Assembly: GCA_964463245.1 (NCBI GenBank)
Contig: CAYXBU010000001.1
Location: forward strand, 36,554 to 100,553
DNA from: an uncultured Clostridium sp.
GTDB lineage: Bacteria; Bacillota; Clostridia; Oscillospirales; CAG-272
Direction: 5' to 3'
DNA length: 64,000 nt
The notes under the pieces were generated by a model. The model ran no database searches and was not told the origin of the DNA. It saw nothing but the letters and a program-made list of their open reading frames with translations. Positions 55,189 to 64,000 of this stretch are shown in pieces; position 1 is the stretch's first letter, and each line of letters starts with the position of its first letter. Position numbers and translations under genes: made by a program.

Positions 55189-57276
55189 ATGCCTAGGGAA
55201 TATTCTCTTGAAAAGACCCGGAATATCGGCATTATGGCGCACATTGATGCCGGTAAGACCACGACGACTGAGCGTATCCTGTTCTATATCGGAAAGACCC
55301 ATAAGCTCGGCGAGACCCACGAGGGTGCCGCCACGATGGACTGGATGGAACAGGAGCAGGAGAGAGGTATCACCATTACCTCCGCTGCCACCACCTGCTA
55401 CTGGAAGGATCATCGTATCAACATCATTGATACCCCCGGGCACGTGGACTTTACCGTCGAGGTCGAGCGTTCCCTGCGCGTGCTGGACGGCTCTGTGACC
55501 GTCTTCTGCGCGAAGGGTGGCGTTGAGCCTCAGTCTGAGACCGTTTGGCGTCAGGCTGATAAGTATCATGTTCCGCGCATGGCGTATGTCAACAAGATGG
55601 ACATCACCGGTGCCGATTTCTATCGCGTGCTGGACATGATGCGCGATCGTCTACACACACACCCCGTCCCGATCCAGCTGCCTATCGGTAAGGAGATGAC
55701 CTTCCGCGGCATCATCGATCTGGTCGAGATGGAGGCCGATGTGTACTACGATGCTGAAGGCAAGGATGTGCGGGTTGAGCCGATCCCGGAGGATATGCTG
55801 GAGCTGGCTCAGCAGTACCACAGCCAGATGGTGGAGTCGGTCGCCGAGACCGACGAGGAGCTGATGGAGAAGTACCTGGAGGAGGGCGACCTCTCCAAGG
55901 ACGAGATCCGCGCGGCTCTCCGCAAGGCTACCATTGCCAATGAAGTCGTCCCGGTCTGCTGCGGTTCTTCCTACCGCAACAAGGGCGTCCAGAAGATGCT
56001 GGATGCCGTCGTGGACTATATGCCGTCTCCTCTGGACATCCCGCCCGTGGACGGTATCGATCCCGACAGCGGCGAGACCGATGTCCGCAAGGCCGACGAC
56101 AACGAGCCGTTCTCGGCTCTCGCATTCAAGATCATGACTGACCCGTTCGTGGGTAAGCTGTGCTACTTCCGCGTCTATTCCGGCGTGATCCATGCAGGCG
56201 ACACCGTGTACAACTCCACCAAGGGCAAGCGCGAGCGTCTTGGCCGTATCCTGATGATGCACGCGAACGAGCGCGCCGACATCGACACCTGCTACACGGG
56301 TGATATCGCGGCGGCTATCGGCGTGAAGAATACCACCACCGGTGATACCTTCTGCGACGAGAAGCACCCCATCATCCTGGAGTCCATGGAGTTCCCGGAG
56401 CCTGTTATCAGCGTTGCCATCGAGCCGAAGACCCGTGCCGGTCAGGAGAAGATGGGTATCGCCCTCGCCAAGCTGGCTGAGGAGGATCCTACCTTCCGTA
56501 CCTACACCGACGAGGAGACCGGTCAGACCATCATTGCCGGTATGGGTGAGCTGCACCTGCAGATCATCGTGGAGCGTATGCTGCGCGAGTTCAAGGTGGA
56601 GGCCAACATCGGTAAGCCGCAGGTCGCGTACAAGGAGACCATCCGCAGAGCTGTGGATCAGGAGACCAAGTACAAGCGTCAGTCCGGCGGTTCCGGTCAG
56701 TACGGTCATGTCAAGATCACGCTGGAGCCCAACGAGCCGGGCAAGGGCTACGAGTTCATCAACGCCGTGGTCGGCGGTTCCATCCCGAAGGAGTACATTC
56801 CTGCGGTGGATGCCGGTATCCAGGGTGCTATGCAGAACGGCGTGCTCGCCGGCTACAACGTCGTGGACGTGAAGGTCACGCTCAACGACGGTTCCTACCA
56901 CGAGGTCGACTCCTCGGATATGGCCTTCAAGATCGCCGGTTCCATGGCGTTCAAGGAAGCTATGCGTAAGGCTGACCCTGTCCTGACCGAGCCGGTCGTC
57001 AAGGTCGTGGCCATCGTGCCGGAGGAGTATATGGGAGATGTCATCGGCGACTTCAACTCTCGCCGCGGACAGATCAACAGCATGGAGGCCGGCAACGGCG
57101 GCGTGGAGGAGATCACCGCGTTCGTCCCGCTGTCCAATATGTTCGGTTACGCCACCGACCTGCGCTCTAAGACGCAGGGACGCGGCATCTACTCGATGGA
57201 GCCCAGCCACTTCGCTGAGGTGCCCAAGAGCATTCAGGACGAGATCATCAAGGCTCGCGGCAAGTCTCAGGCGTGA
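55189..57276 (+). CDS. fusA: elongation factor G
   Basis: 695 aa. [33 protein letters not shown]. Confidence 0.98.
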   Translation: MPREYSLEKTRNIGIMAHIDAGKTTTTERILFYIGKTHKLGETHEGAATMDWMEQEQERGITITSAATTCYWKDHRINIIDTPGHVDFTVEVERSLRVLDGSVTVFCAKGGVEPQSETVWRQADKYHVPRMAYVNKMDITGADFYRVLDMMRDRLHTHPVPIQLPIGKEMTFRGIIDLVEMEADVYYDAEGKDVRVEPIPEDMLELAQQYHSQMVESVAETDEELMEKYLEEGDLSKDEIRAALRKATIANEVVPVCCGSSYRNKGVQKMLDAVVDYMPSPLDIPPVDGIDPDSGETDVRKADDNEPFSALAFKIMTDPFVGKLCYFRVYSGVIHAGDTVYNSTKGKRERLGRILMMHANERADIDTCYTGDIAAAIGVKNTTTGDTFCDEKHPIILESMEFPEPVISVAIEPKTRAGQEKMGIALAKLAEEDPTFRTYTDEETGQTIIAGMGELHLQIIVERMLREFKVEANIGKPQVAYKETIRRAVDQETKYKRQSGGSGQYGHVKITLEPNEPGKGYEFINAVVGGSIPKEYIPAVDAGIQGAMQNGVLAGYNVVDVKVTLNDGSYHEVDSSDMAFKIAGSMAFKEAMRKADPVLTEPVVKVVAIVPEEYMGDVIGDFNSRRGQINSMEAGNGGVEEITAFVPLSNMFGYATDLRSKTQGRGIYSMEPSHFAEVPKSIQDEIIKARGKSQA

Positions 57277-57346
57277 GACTGTCCGCGTACCCGCTGATCT
57301 ACTATAACTTTGAAACTCAAAAAAAAGAATACGGAGGATTTTTACA

Positions 57347-58552
<1,206 letters not shown>

Positions 58553-58631
58553 TTCCGGGTTAGTTTCGGACTCATTTCCGATCATACTTTCCGGTTCCCC
58601 GTCTGCTTGCCGCGGCGCGGGAACCGGACAC

Positions 58632-58663
58632 CCCCGCGGCGAGCTTTTTGCTGCGGGGTTTTT
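58632..58663 (+). terminator. intrinsic terminator of the str operon
   Basis: CCCCGCGGC ... GCTGCGGGG stem (one G-U pair) followed by TTTTT. A second hairpin, CCGGTTCCC...GGGAACCGG, lies just upstream (58591-58629). Confidence 0.8.
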
Positions 58664-58707
58664 CCTGTCTGCCGCCCCGACGGGCGACAGAGTCCTCAAA
58701 TATTGCA

Positions 58708-58856
58708 TATCTTTGGGAATAGGTGAAATTCCATACCGGTGGTACCCGACTCCGACAGCCGCCTCGGCTCGGATCGAAAGCCCACGACCGCGCAAACAGC
58801 GCGCTGAGCAGGTGAGACTCCTGCGCCGACGGTAAAAGTCCGGATGGGAAAGGATA
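58708..58856 (+). promoter_or_regulatory. FMN riboswitch (RFN element)
   Basis: TATCTTTGGGAATAGGTGAAATTCCATACCGGTGGTA ... GCGCCGACGGTAAAAGTCCGGATGGGAAAGGATA matches the RFN conserved blocks (GGTGAAATTCC, ACCGGyGGTA, GCCGACrGT-AAAGTCyGGATGGGA). A ribU-type gene follows 6 nt later. Confidence 0.9.
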
Positions 58857-58862
58857 AAGTAT

Positions 58863-59519
58863 ATGTTGCACTCCACAGCACAGGCGCGGCGGGGAGCCGT
58901 CCGCCGCCTGACCGTTACCGCCGTGCTGGCGGCTCTTTCGACAGCCTTGATGTATCTGGAATTTTCGATCCCGATCGTGCCGGGCTTCCTGAAGTATGAT
59001 TTCTCAGACCTCCCCGCGCTGATCGCCGCCTTTGGGGTAGGCCCCGTGGCGGGGGTGGCGGTCGAGCTGATCAAGAATGTCATCCATCTCCCCATGACCG
59101 TGACCGGCGGGGTCGGAGAGTTGGCCAACCTCATCATCGGCACCTGCTATGTCCTGCCTGCAGGGCTGATCTACCGCTACCGCAAGGGGAAATTGGGCGC
59201 GTTCTTAGGTTCCCTTGGGGGGGCTGTGCTGGCGGCTCTCATGAGTCTGCCGATCAATTACTATGTCACCTACCCCGTGTACGCCACCCTCATGCCGATG
59301 GAAGGCATTATCGGCGCGTACAGTGCCATCATCCCTGCCGCCAATACCCTTTGGCGAGCACTGTTGCTGGTCAACCTGCCCTTTACCTTGGTCAAGGGGC
59401 TGGTCAATGTGGGCATTACCTTTGCCCTTTACAAGCGCATATCCCCTCTGATACACGGTGGAACACATAAACAGGCATCGGATACCCCCGATGCATCCAC
59501 GCGAAAGGATACGGATTAA
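58863..59519 (+). CDS. ribU: ECF transporter S component, riboflavin type (RibU-like)
   Basis: 218 aa, six hydrophobic spans. YLEFSIPIVPGFLKYDFSDLPALIAAFGVGPVAG is typical of RibU/FmnP. It sits behind an FMN riboswitch. Confidence 0.85.
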   Translation: MLHSTAQARRGAVRRLTVTAVLAALSTALMYLEFSIPIVPGFLKYDFSDLPALIAAFGVGPVAGVAVELIKNVIHLPMTVTGGVGELANLIIGTCYVLPAGLIYRYRKGKLGAFLGSLGGAVLAALMSLPINYYVTYPVYATLMPMEGIIGAYSAIIPAANTLWRALLLVNLPFTLVKGLVNVGITFALYKRISPLIHGGTHKQASDTPDASTRKDTD

Positions 59520-59522
59520 ACA

Positions 59523-60218
59523 ATGAACATGATAGGCTTTGCTCCCACCTCCGCCCGTCGGCGTTTTCTGGCTTGGCTCAGCATCGCACTGATCCTGACC
59601 CTTGCGGCGGCCGCGCTCAGTACGGTTCATGCCGCGGAAGCCCCCGCCGCGACGGATGCGGCCTCCGAAACCGAAACTGTGACCGAGCCCTCGACTGAGA
59701 TCGAAACCGCAGCCTCCGGCAGAGGGTTTACCGCCGCTATCAAGAACTTTTTCTTGGAGACGGTGGGCAAGCGGTGGTGCGTGTTCTTCTGCTCCATGAT
59801 CCCCATCATCGAGCTGCGTGGGGCGATCCCCATGGGCGCGGCCTTCGGGCTTCCGTGGTGGCAGACCTTCCTTATCAGCGTGGTCGGTAATATGCTCCCC
59901 GTCCCGTTCATCCTGCTCTTTATCAACGCCATCCTGAAGTGGATGGAGGGCTGTCGGGTCAAGCTGTTCAATAAGATCGCGGGCTGGCTCCTGCGCAAGG
60001 CCGAAAAGAACCGCGAGAAGATCGAGAAATATGCCTTCTGGGGTTTGGCGATCTTCGTGGGGGTTCCCCTGCCGGGAACCGGCGCGTGGACGGGCTCGCT
60101 GGTCGGTGCCGTCATCCACTTGAAGTTCTGGAAAGCACTGCTCTCCACCCTGATCGGTGTGTTGGCGGCGGGGGTGGTCATGACCATGATCTCCTACGGC
60201 GTGGCGGCGATCTTTTAA
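59523..60218 (+). CDS. small multidrug export protein family (COG2426-like) membrane protein with an N-terminal extension
   Basis: 231 aa. Core IPIIELRGAIPMGAAFGLPWWQTFLISVVGNMLPVPFILLFI ... GVPLPGTGAWTGSLVG. The first ~75 aa (signal-like segment plus T/E/A-rich linker) are extra. Confidence 0.7.
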   Translation: MNMIGFAPTSARRRFLAWLSIALILTLAAAALSTVHAAEAPAATDAASETETVTEPSTEIETAASGRGFTAAIKNFFLETVGKRWCVFFCSMIPIIELRGAIPMGAAFGLPWWQTFLISVVGNMLPVPFILLFINAILKWMEGCRVKLFNKIAGWLLRKAEKNREKIEKYAFWGLAIFVGVPLPGTGAWTGSLVGAVIHLKFWKALLSTLIGVLAAGVVMTMISYGVAAIF

Positions 60219-60250
60219 GACTCCGGTACGGGACACAGAAAGACAGAAAA

Positions 60251-60280
60251 GAGAGGCTTGACCCTGCGGTCAAGCCTCTC
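60251..60280. terminator. bidirectional intrinsic terminator
   Basis: GAGAGGCTTGACC, loop CTGC, GGTCAAGCCTCTC: a perfect 13-bp stem flanked by AAAA and CTTTTGG. It lies between convergent stops at 60218 and 60303. Confidence 0.88.
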
Positions 60281-60302
60281 CTTTTGGATATGTGATAATG
60301 CC

Positions 60303-61784
60303 TTAATTCGTCTCGACGTCGGTCGCCGTGTCGGGAAGAACGTAGTCCCCGAACTCCAGCGTGGTGTCGATGACCTGAGTACCGATGAAGGTTTGATTGC
60401 CCTGCGTGATGCTGTAGCGAAGCGCGATATGGTAAACGCAGGAATCCAAGCGGCCGTTCTCCTTGAGGGTCACGGTCACGGAGCCACTGCCGTTGAGGAA
60501 GGTGTACCCGCTCTGCTCGTACGTCTCTTTGTAGCTCTTCAGTGCATTGTTGTTGAAGGTGATGGTAAAGCTGCCGTCCGGATCCCGGCTCATGCTCTCG
60601 ACCATGTTGAGGTCGAAACTCAAAGGGTCATACTGGCCGGTGAGGAAGGCCTCGGCGGTCGGCTGACTTTTGACCTCATAGCCGTTGTTCTTGCCGTTGA
60701 CATTGACGGTCTGCTTGCCGTCGATGTAGGTGATCACATATGCGTCCTTGTTCATCTTGGCATTGATGGTGAAGGTGAGCTCGCCGTCCTGACGGGAAAA
60801 GGTGGCCTCATCCGTCTCCTCGGTGCTCTGGGTCTGCCCCGCGATCTTGACAACGTTCTTGATGGTTCCCTTGTAGGAGCCGGTCAACGCCTCGTTCATG
60901 GCATCATACTGATCCTTGAGGGCGTAGAGCAGGCGCAGGTCGTCGCACTTGGTCAGTGTGGTGGGATCCACCGTTTCCACCGTCGCGTTGTTCCAATCGG
61001 TGATGGTGCAGGTGCAGGTCATGGTGGGGGCGTTGGCGTTGGCGGTATCGGTGATAAAGACAGGGGTGACCTCAATGGAGGAGGCCAGATAGGTGGTCTT
61101 GTCGAGAACCGCCGAGATGGTCGCATCGGTCATGCGTACACCGCTGTCCAGCTCCTGCAGGGACTTGGTCAGGGAATCCATAGCTTCCAGAACTGCCTGA
61201 TCCAGCCCGCTGAGAGTGACGATGTAGCCGGTCTCGTCCTCGGTGCAGGTGCGAGTCGAGGAGGCGGCGGCCAGCGTTACGGCATCCATGATATCGCCGC
61301 CGGTTGCGGCGTGACGATCCTCCGACCATGCCCGATAGTCCTCCTGCGACAGCTCGGAGTACAGGCGAGCCTTGCCGTTCATGTAGAACATGAACCCGTC
61401 CATGTAGCCCTCATAGGAGCGGATCCGCTCGTTGATCTTGGCGGAGGGAGCCGACACCGTGGTGTCAACCGAATTGTATTCGCGGAGTTGACCGTCCTTT
61501 TCGCTGTGCTGTGTCTTGGACTTGATGGTGACGGTCATGTCCAGGTTATTGACCCTCATGGTGATGGTGGCATCCATGACCGCCACACCACCGGTGGAGG
61601 CCTCGTCAGCCTTGGCGAAACGGCGGATCAGCTCGGCGGCACGCTCCGGCTCGGCGAGATCCTCCGGCGAAGTTTCGACCTCGGTCTCGGTCTCGCCGCA
61701 GGCGGTCAGGGTGACGGCTGCCGACAGGAGCATCAGCACAGCCAGACTCACGCTGAGCAAGCGGCAGAAAAGGGACTTTTTCAT
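60303..61784 (-). CDS. hypothetical lipoprotein (493 aa)
   Basis: ORF 60303-61814. Start set at ATG 61784 with MKKSLFCRLLSVSLAVLMLLSAAVTLTAC-GE (signal peptide plus lipobox). The mature part is globular with a T/S/D/N-rich composition. No family recognised. Confidence 0.75.
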   Translation of the reverse strand: MKKSLFCRLLSVSLAVLMLLSAAVTLTACGETETEVETSPEDLAEPERAAELIRRFAKADEASTGGVAVMDATITMRVNNLDMTVTIKSKTQHSEKDGQLREYNSVDTTVSAPSAKINERIRSYEGYMDGFMFYMNGKARLYSELSQEDYRAWSEDRHAATGGDIMDAVTLAAASSTRTCTEDETGYIVTLSGLDQAVLEAMDSLTKSLQELDSGVRMTDATISAVLDKTTYLASSIEVTPVFITDTANANAPTMTCTCTITDWNNATVETVDPTTLTKCDDLRLLYALKDQYDAMNEALTGSYKGTIKNVVKIAGQTQSTEETDEATFSRQDGELTFTINAKMNKDAYVITYIDGKQTVNVNGKNNGYEVKSQPTAEAFLTGQYDPLSFDLNMVESMSRDPDGSFTITFNNNALKSYKETYEQSGYTFLNGSGSVTVTLKENGRLDSCVYHIALRYSITQGNQTFIGTQVIDTTLEFGDYVLPDTATDVETN

Positions 61785-61831
61785 GTAGAGGATTCCTTTC
61801 TCAGTCTGAATCATTTAGGTATGCTACCTTT

Positions 61832-61860
61832 ATTATATCAAAATGCGGAAAGGAATGCAA
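61832..61860 (-). promoter_or_regulatory. candidate promoter of the 60303-61784 lipoprotein gene
   Basis: On the minus strand: TTGCAT, 17 nt, TGaTATAAT. Confidence 0.5.
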
Positions 61861-61903
61861 TGCTTTTTTGCACAAAAATTAACAGGTAGCTTTGTGCAAA
61901 AGC

Positions 61904-61938
61904 AACAAGAAAGAGCGGCTCCGTCGGCGGTTCCGCTC
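61904..61938 (-). terminator. intrinsic terminator after the metallophosphoesterase gene
   Basis: On the minus strand: GAGCGG ... CCGCTC with inner CCG/CGG pairing, followed by TTTCTTGTT. Confidence 0.55.
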
Positions 61939-61949
61939 CCTTATTGGTT

Positions 61950-62744
61950 TTAGACCTCAATGACCACGATCTCTCGCGGGTTGAACAGGCGGGGGATGGG
62001 CGAGACGGTGTTGCACAGGCCACGCGAGATGACCAGTCGCCCCTCGTGGACACCGCTCGTGTACCGGGGGAACAGCCCTTGATCCGGCGCAAAGACTCCG
62101 CGCCCGAAGAACCGCCACTGCCCGCCGTGCGCGTGCCCCGCCACGAACAGGTCAATGTCGCGGTCGCGCAGGTAGCGGTCAAAGTACTCCGGCTGGTGGC
62201 AGAGCAGGATGCGGTAGCCGGGGGTCGCGCAGAAGCCGTCCAGCCAGTCGGTGTTGGGTACCCGCCCCGGGTTGAGCAGACCGGAGCGCATCCCGCCCAG
62301 CACCAGCCCGTGGTAGACGGTGTAGGTCTCGTCCAGCAGAGTGGCTCCCGTGGCACGGATGTCCTTCAGCCAGTGGAGCAGGACGGGCTTGGGGGGCTCG
62401 GGGTGCTTCTCCAACTCTCGGAGGTGGATATGCCCGGCACCGGTCTCGTGGTTGCCCCAGGAGTAGAAGGTCGGCGCGATGGCGGCGGCCTTCTCCAAAA
62501 GCCCCAGCCCCGGGCGGGAGAGTGGCGTGTCGGAGGGCACCGTCAGATTCTCGGTCAGGTCTCCGGGGATCAGGATGAGGTCGGGGGCTATCTCTCGCAG
62601 GCGGGTCAGCACCGGTTCATACGGCGCATCGTGCAGATCGGCCACGACGGCGGCGCGAAAGTGGATGCCGGGGTGTCGTTCCTCCCAGCCCGTGCAGAGG
62701 GTCGCCGCAGACTCAGAGCTGAGGCGGTATCGGGTGATCCGCAT
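61950..62744 (-). CDS. metallophosphoesterase (calcineurin-like)
   Basis: ORF 61950-62771. Start set at ATG 62744 (AAGGAG RBS 7 nt upstream). Motifs VADLHD, PGDL, GNHE, GHAHGG. Confidence 0.85.
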   Translation of the reverse strand: MRITRYRLSSESAATLCTGWEERHPGIHFRAAVVADLHDAPYEPVLTRLREIAPDLILIPGDLTENLTVPSDTPLSRPGLGLLEKAAAIAPTFYSWGNHETGAGHIHLRELEKHPEPPKPVLLHWLKDIRATGATLLDETYTVYHGLVLGGMRSGLLNPGRVPNTDWLDGFCATPGYRILLCHQPEYFDRYLRDRDIDLFVAGHAHGGQWRFFGRGVFAPDQGLFPRYTSGVHEGRLVISRGLCNTVSPIPRLFNPREIVVIEV

Positions 62745-63270
62745 GGGAGACTCCTTTCCTGCGCCGCGCACGGAGGATCAGCGCATACACGCCCCAAAAG
62801 AGGGCAAGCCCCAGCACCGCGCCCAGTCCGTCGATGAGGACATCCGTGACCGAGGCACCGCGGTGCGAGAAGATCTGATGGGTCTCATCCGAGGCGGCGT
62901 ACAGCAGACTAAATCCCAGTGCCGACAATAATTTTTTCCATATGGAAAGTTTCTCTTCCATGTCCCACGCGACGAGCAGGGAGGCGGTCAGGACGGCCAG
63001 CAGGGCGTACTCGCTCATATGCGCCAGCTTGCGGATGGGATAATGCAGGCGGTGGACGATCTCTTCCTGCTCGGCGGAGGGCAGATCGTGGTAATCGGGG
63101 ACGATCAGGGCGGCGATGGTCTCGGTCACGCGGCCACTGCGATCCCCCGAGTCTGTCTTGCTCTCGCTTGAGAAGCGGAAGATCACGGTCATCAAGGCTA
63201 AGATGCACAAGAGAAGCAGGACACATACGGTGATCCGTGCCGGGGAGCGGCGGGTGGTGGGTCGGATCAT
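62713..63270 (-). CDS. VanZ-like family membrane protein
   Basis: ORF 62713-63339. Start set at ATG 63270 (ATGA overlap with the upstream gene). IRKLAHMSEYALLAVL and SDETHQIF...DVLIDGLGAVLG motifs. Confidence 0.75.
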   Translation of the reverse strand: MIRPTTRRSPARITVCVLLLLCILALMTVIFRFSSESKTDSGDRSGRVTETIAALIVPDYHDLPSAEQEEIVHRLHYPIRKLAHMSEYALLAVLTASLLVAWDMEEKLSIWKKLLSALGFSLLYAASDETHQIFSHRGASVTDVLIDGLGAVLGLALFWGVYALILRARRRKGVSHADHPIPPQL

Positions 63271-63710
63271 GGTGCACCCTCCTCGGACGGCGAGACGGCC
63301 GTCTCGGTCGCGGCATGGCGGTCGCGGCAGGTGGCGCACAGCCGTGTCTTCCCGGTCGCCACGGCATCCTCGACGCTACCGCTGTGAACGGTATCGGAGC
63401 GATCCAGGTGGTAGCAGGATTCATCTATGTGCAGGACGCTCCCGCCGTTTGTCCAGTAGACGGTGCCCTCGATGGCGGACAGCTCGGGGGACGGTGCGAC
63501 GGCTGTCTCGACCTCGGGCTCGGTGGCGGGCGGGAAGAGGGAGGCGGATATCTCCTGCAACCGCTCGGGAGTCAAGGTCTCGCCGCCGACAAAGCCGGAC
63601 GGCAGGTCACGGCACCCCGCCGCCATCAGGGTGACCAAGAGGAGCAGGAACAGGCAGAGGGCAGAGCCGATCCGCCGGTTGATGTGATGCGTATGCGTTT
63701 CGTGGTGCAC
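63267..63710 (-). CDS. small lipoprotein with C-terminal Cys/His motif
   Basis: 147 aa, GTG start behind AAGGGGG. Signal peptide plus lipobox LLLLVTLMAAGC-RD. C-terminal YWTNGGSVLHIDESCYHL...GKTRLCATC. Confidence 0.65.
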   Translation of the reverse strand: MHHETHTHHINRRIGSALCLFLLLLVTLMAAGCRDLPSGFVGGETLTPERLQEISASLFPPATEPEVETAVAPSPELSAIEGTVYWTNGGSVLHIDESCYHLDRSDTVHSGSVEDAVATGKTRLCATCRDRHAATETAVSPSEEGAP

Positions 63711-63755
63711 GGGGACACCCCCTTTCCATATCCTATCCCATTATATGATGAACTC

Positions 63756-63784
63756 ATTATATCATGAATTGCGTGAAAAGTCAA
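63756..63784 (-). promoter_or_regulatory. candidate promoter of the lipoprotein-VanZ-phosphoesterase operon
   Basis: On the minus strand: TTGACT, 17 nt, TGaTATAAT. Confidence 0.6.
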
Positions 63785-64000
63785 TAGAAAGTGTGAGGAA
63801 GGGAAGGGCAGAGCATTCACTTTGCGTGAATGTTTGATGTTGGAGCCGGGCACAGAGGTACCATGTCCGTCGGCAACCACCCGCCCAAGCACCCACATGG
63901 GTTCCGCGTACCTTCCGGCTACCGCTTCGGGGATGCAAGGGGTGCAGCCCCTTGCATATAAACGCGTGCTCCCCCTTCCCCGCCGGGGAAGGGGTCGGGG

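Noticed and set aside
60258-61889. A 543-aa plus-strand ORF opposite the 60303-61784 lipoprotein gene.
   Set aside because: The plus product is G/V/L/D/H-rich without motifs. The minus product has a signal peptide, lipobox, RBS, promoter and normal globular composition.

Overview
64-kb window from a GC-rich Firmicutes/Clostridia-type chromosome. The taxon is inferred only from gene content, synteny and promoter style. All domain names below come from motifs read by eye in the supplied translations; no database search was run.

Core content:
- The 3' end of an Opp-type peptide ABC operon (permease fragment, oppD, oppF).
- lysS.
- The conserved minus-strand block yybS-like, gdpP, rplI, dnaB, tilS, hpt, ftsH.
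- rpoB and rpoC, followed by rpsL, rpsG, fusA and tuf.
- Two polar-amino-acid ABC systems. One is coupled to an M20 amidohydrolase. The other sits behind a lysine riboswitch and lacks an ATPase gene.
- An FMN riboswitch with ribU.
- tRNA-Arg(ACG) and tRNA-Ser(UGA).

Accessory or unusual content:
- Three consecutive giant paralogous lipoproteins (13.4 kb). This is the most likely candidate for an undescribed system.
- An ECF-type sigma factor with a membrane partner carrying four DUF3221-like modules.
- A 989-aa leaderless, Cys-rich RCC1-like multi-propeller protein.
- A CHAP/SH3 wall hydrolase with a sorting-signal-like C-terminal tail.
- A 13-nt operator-like motif shared by two amino-acid/peptide acquisition promoters 23 kb apart.

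About 15 near-consensus sigma-A promoters (mostly TTGACA, 17 nt, TATAAT) and about a dozen intrinsic terminators are directly readable. I saw no rRNA, CRISPR, transposase, integrase or phage genes. The many very long antisense ORFs in the track are GC3 artefacts.
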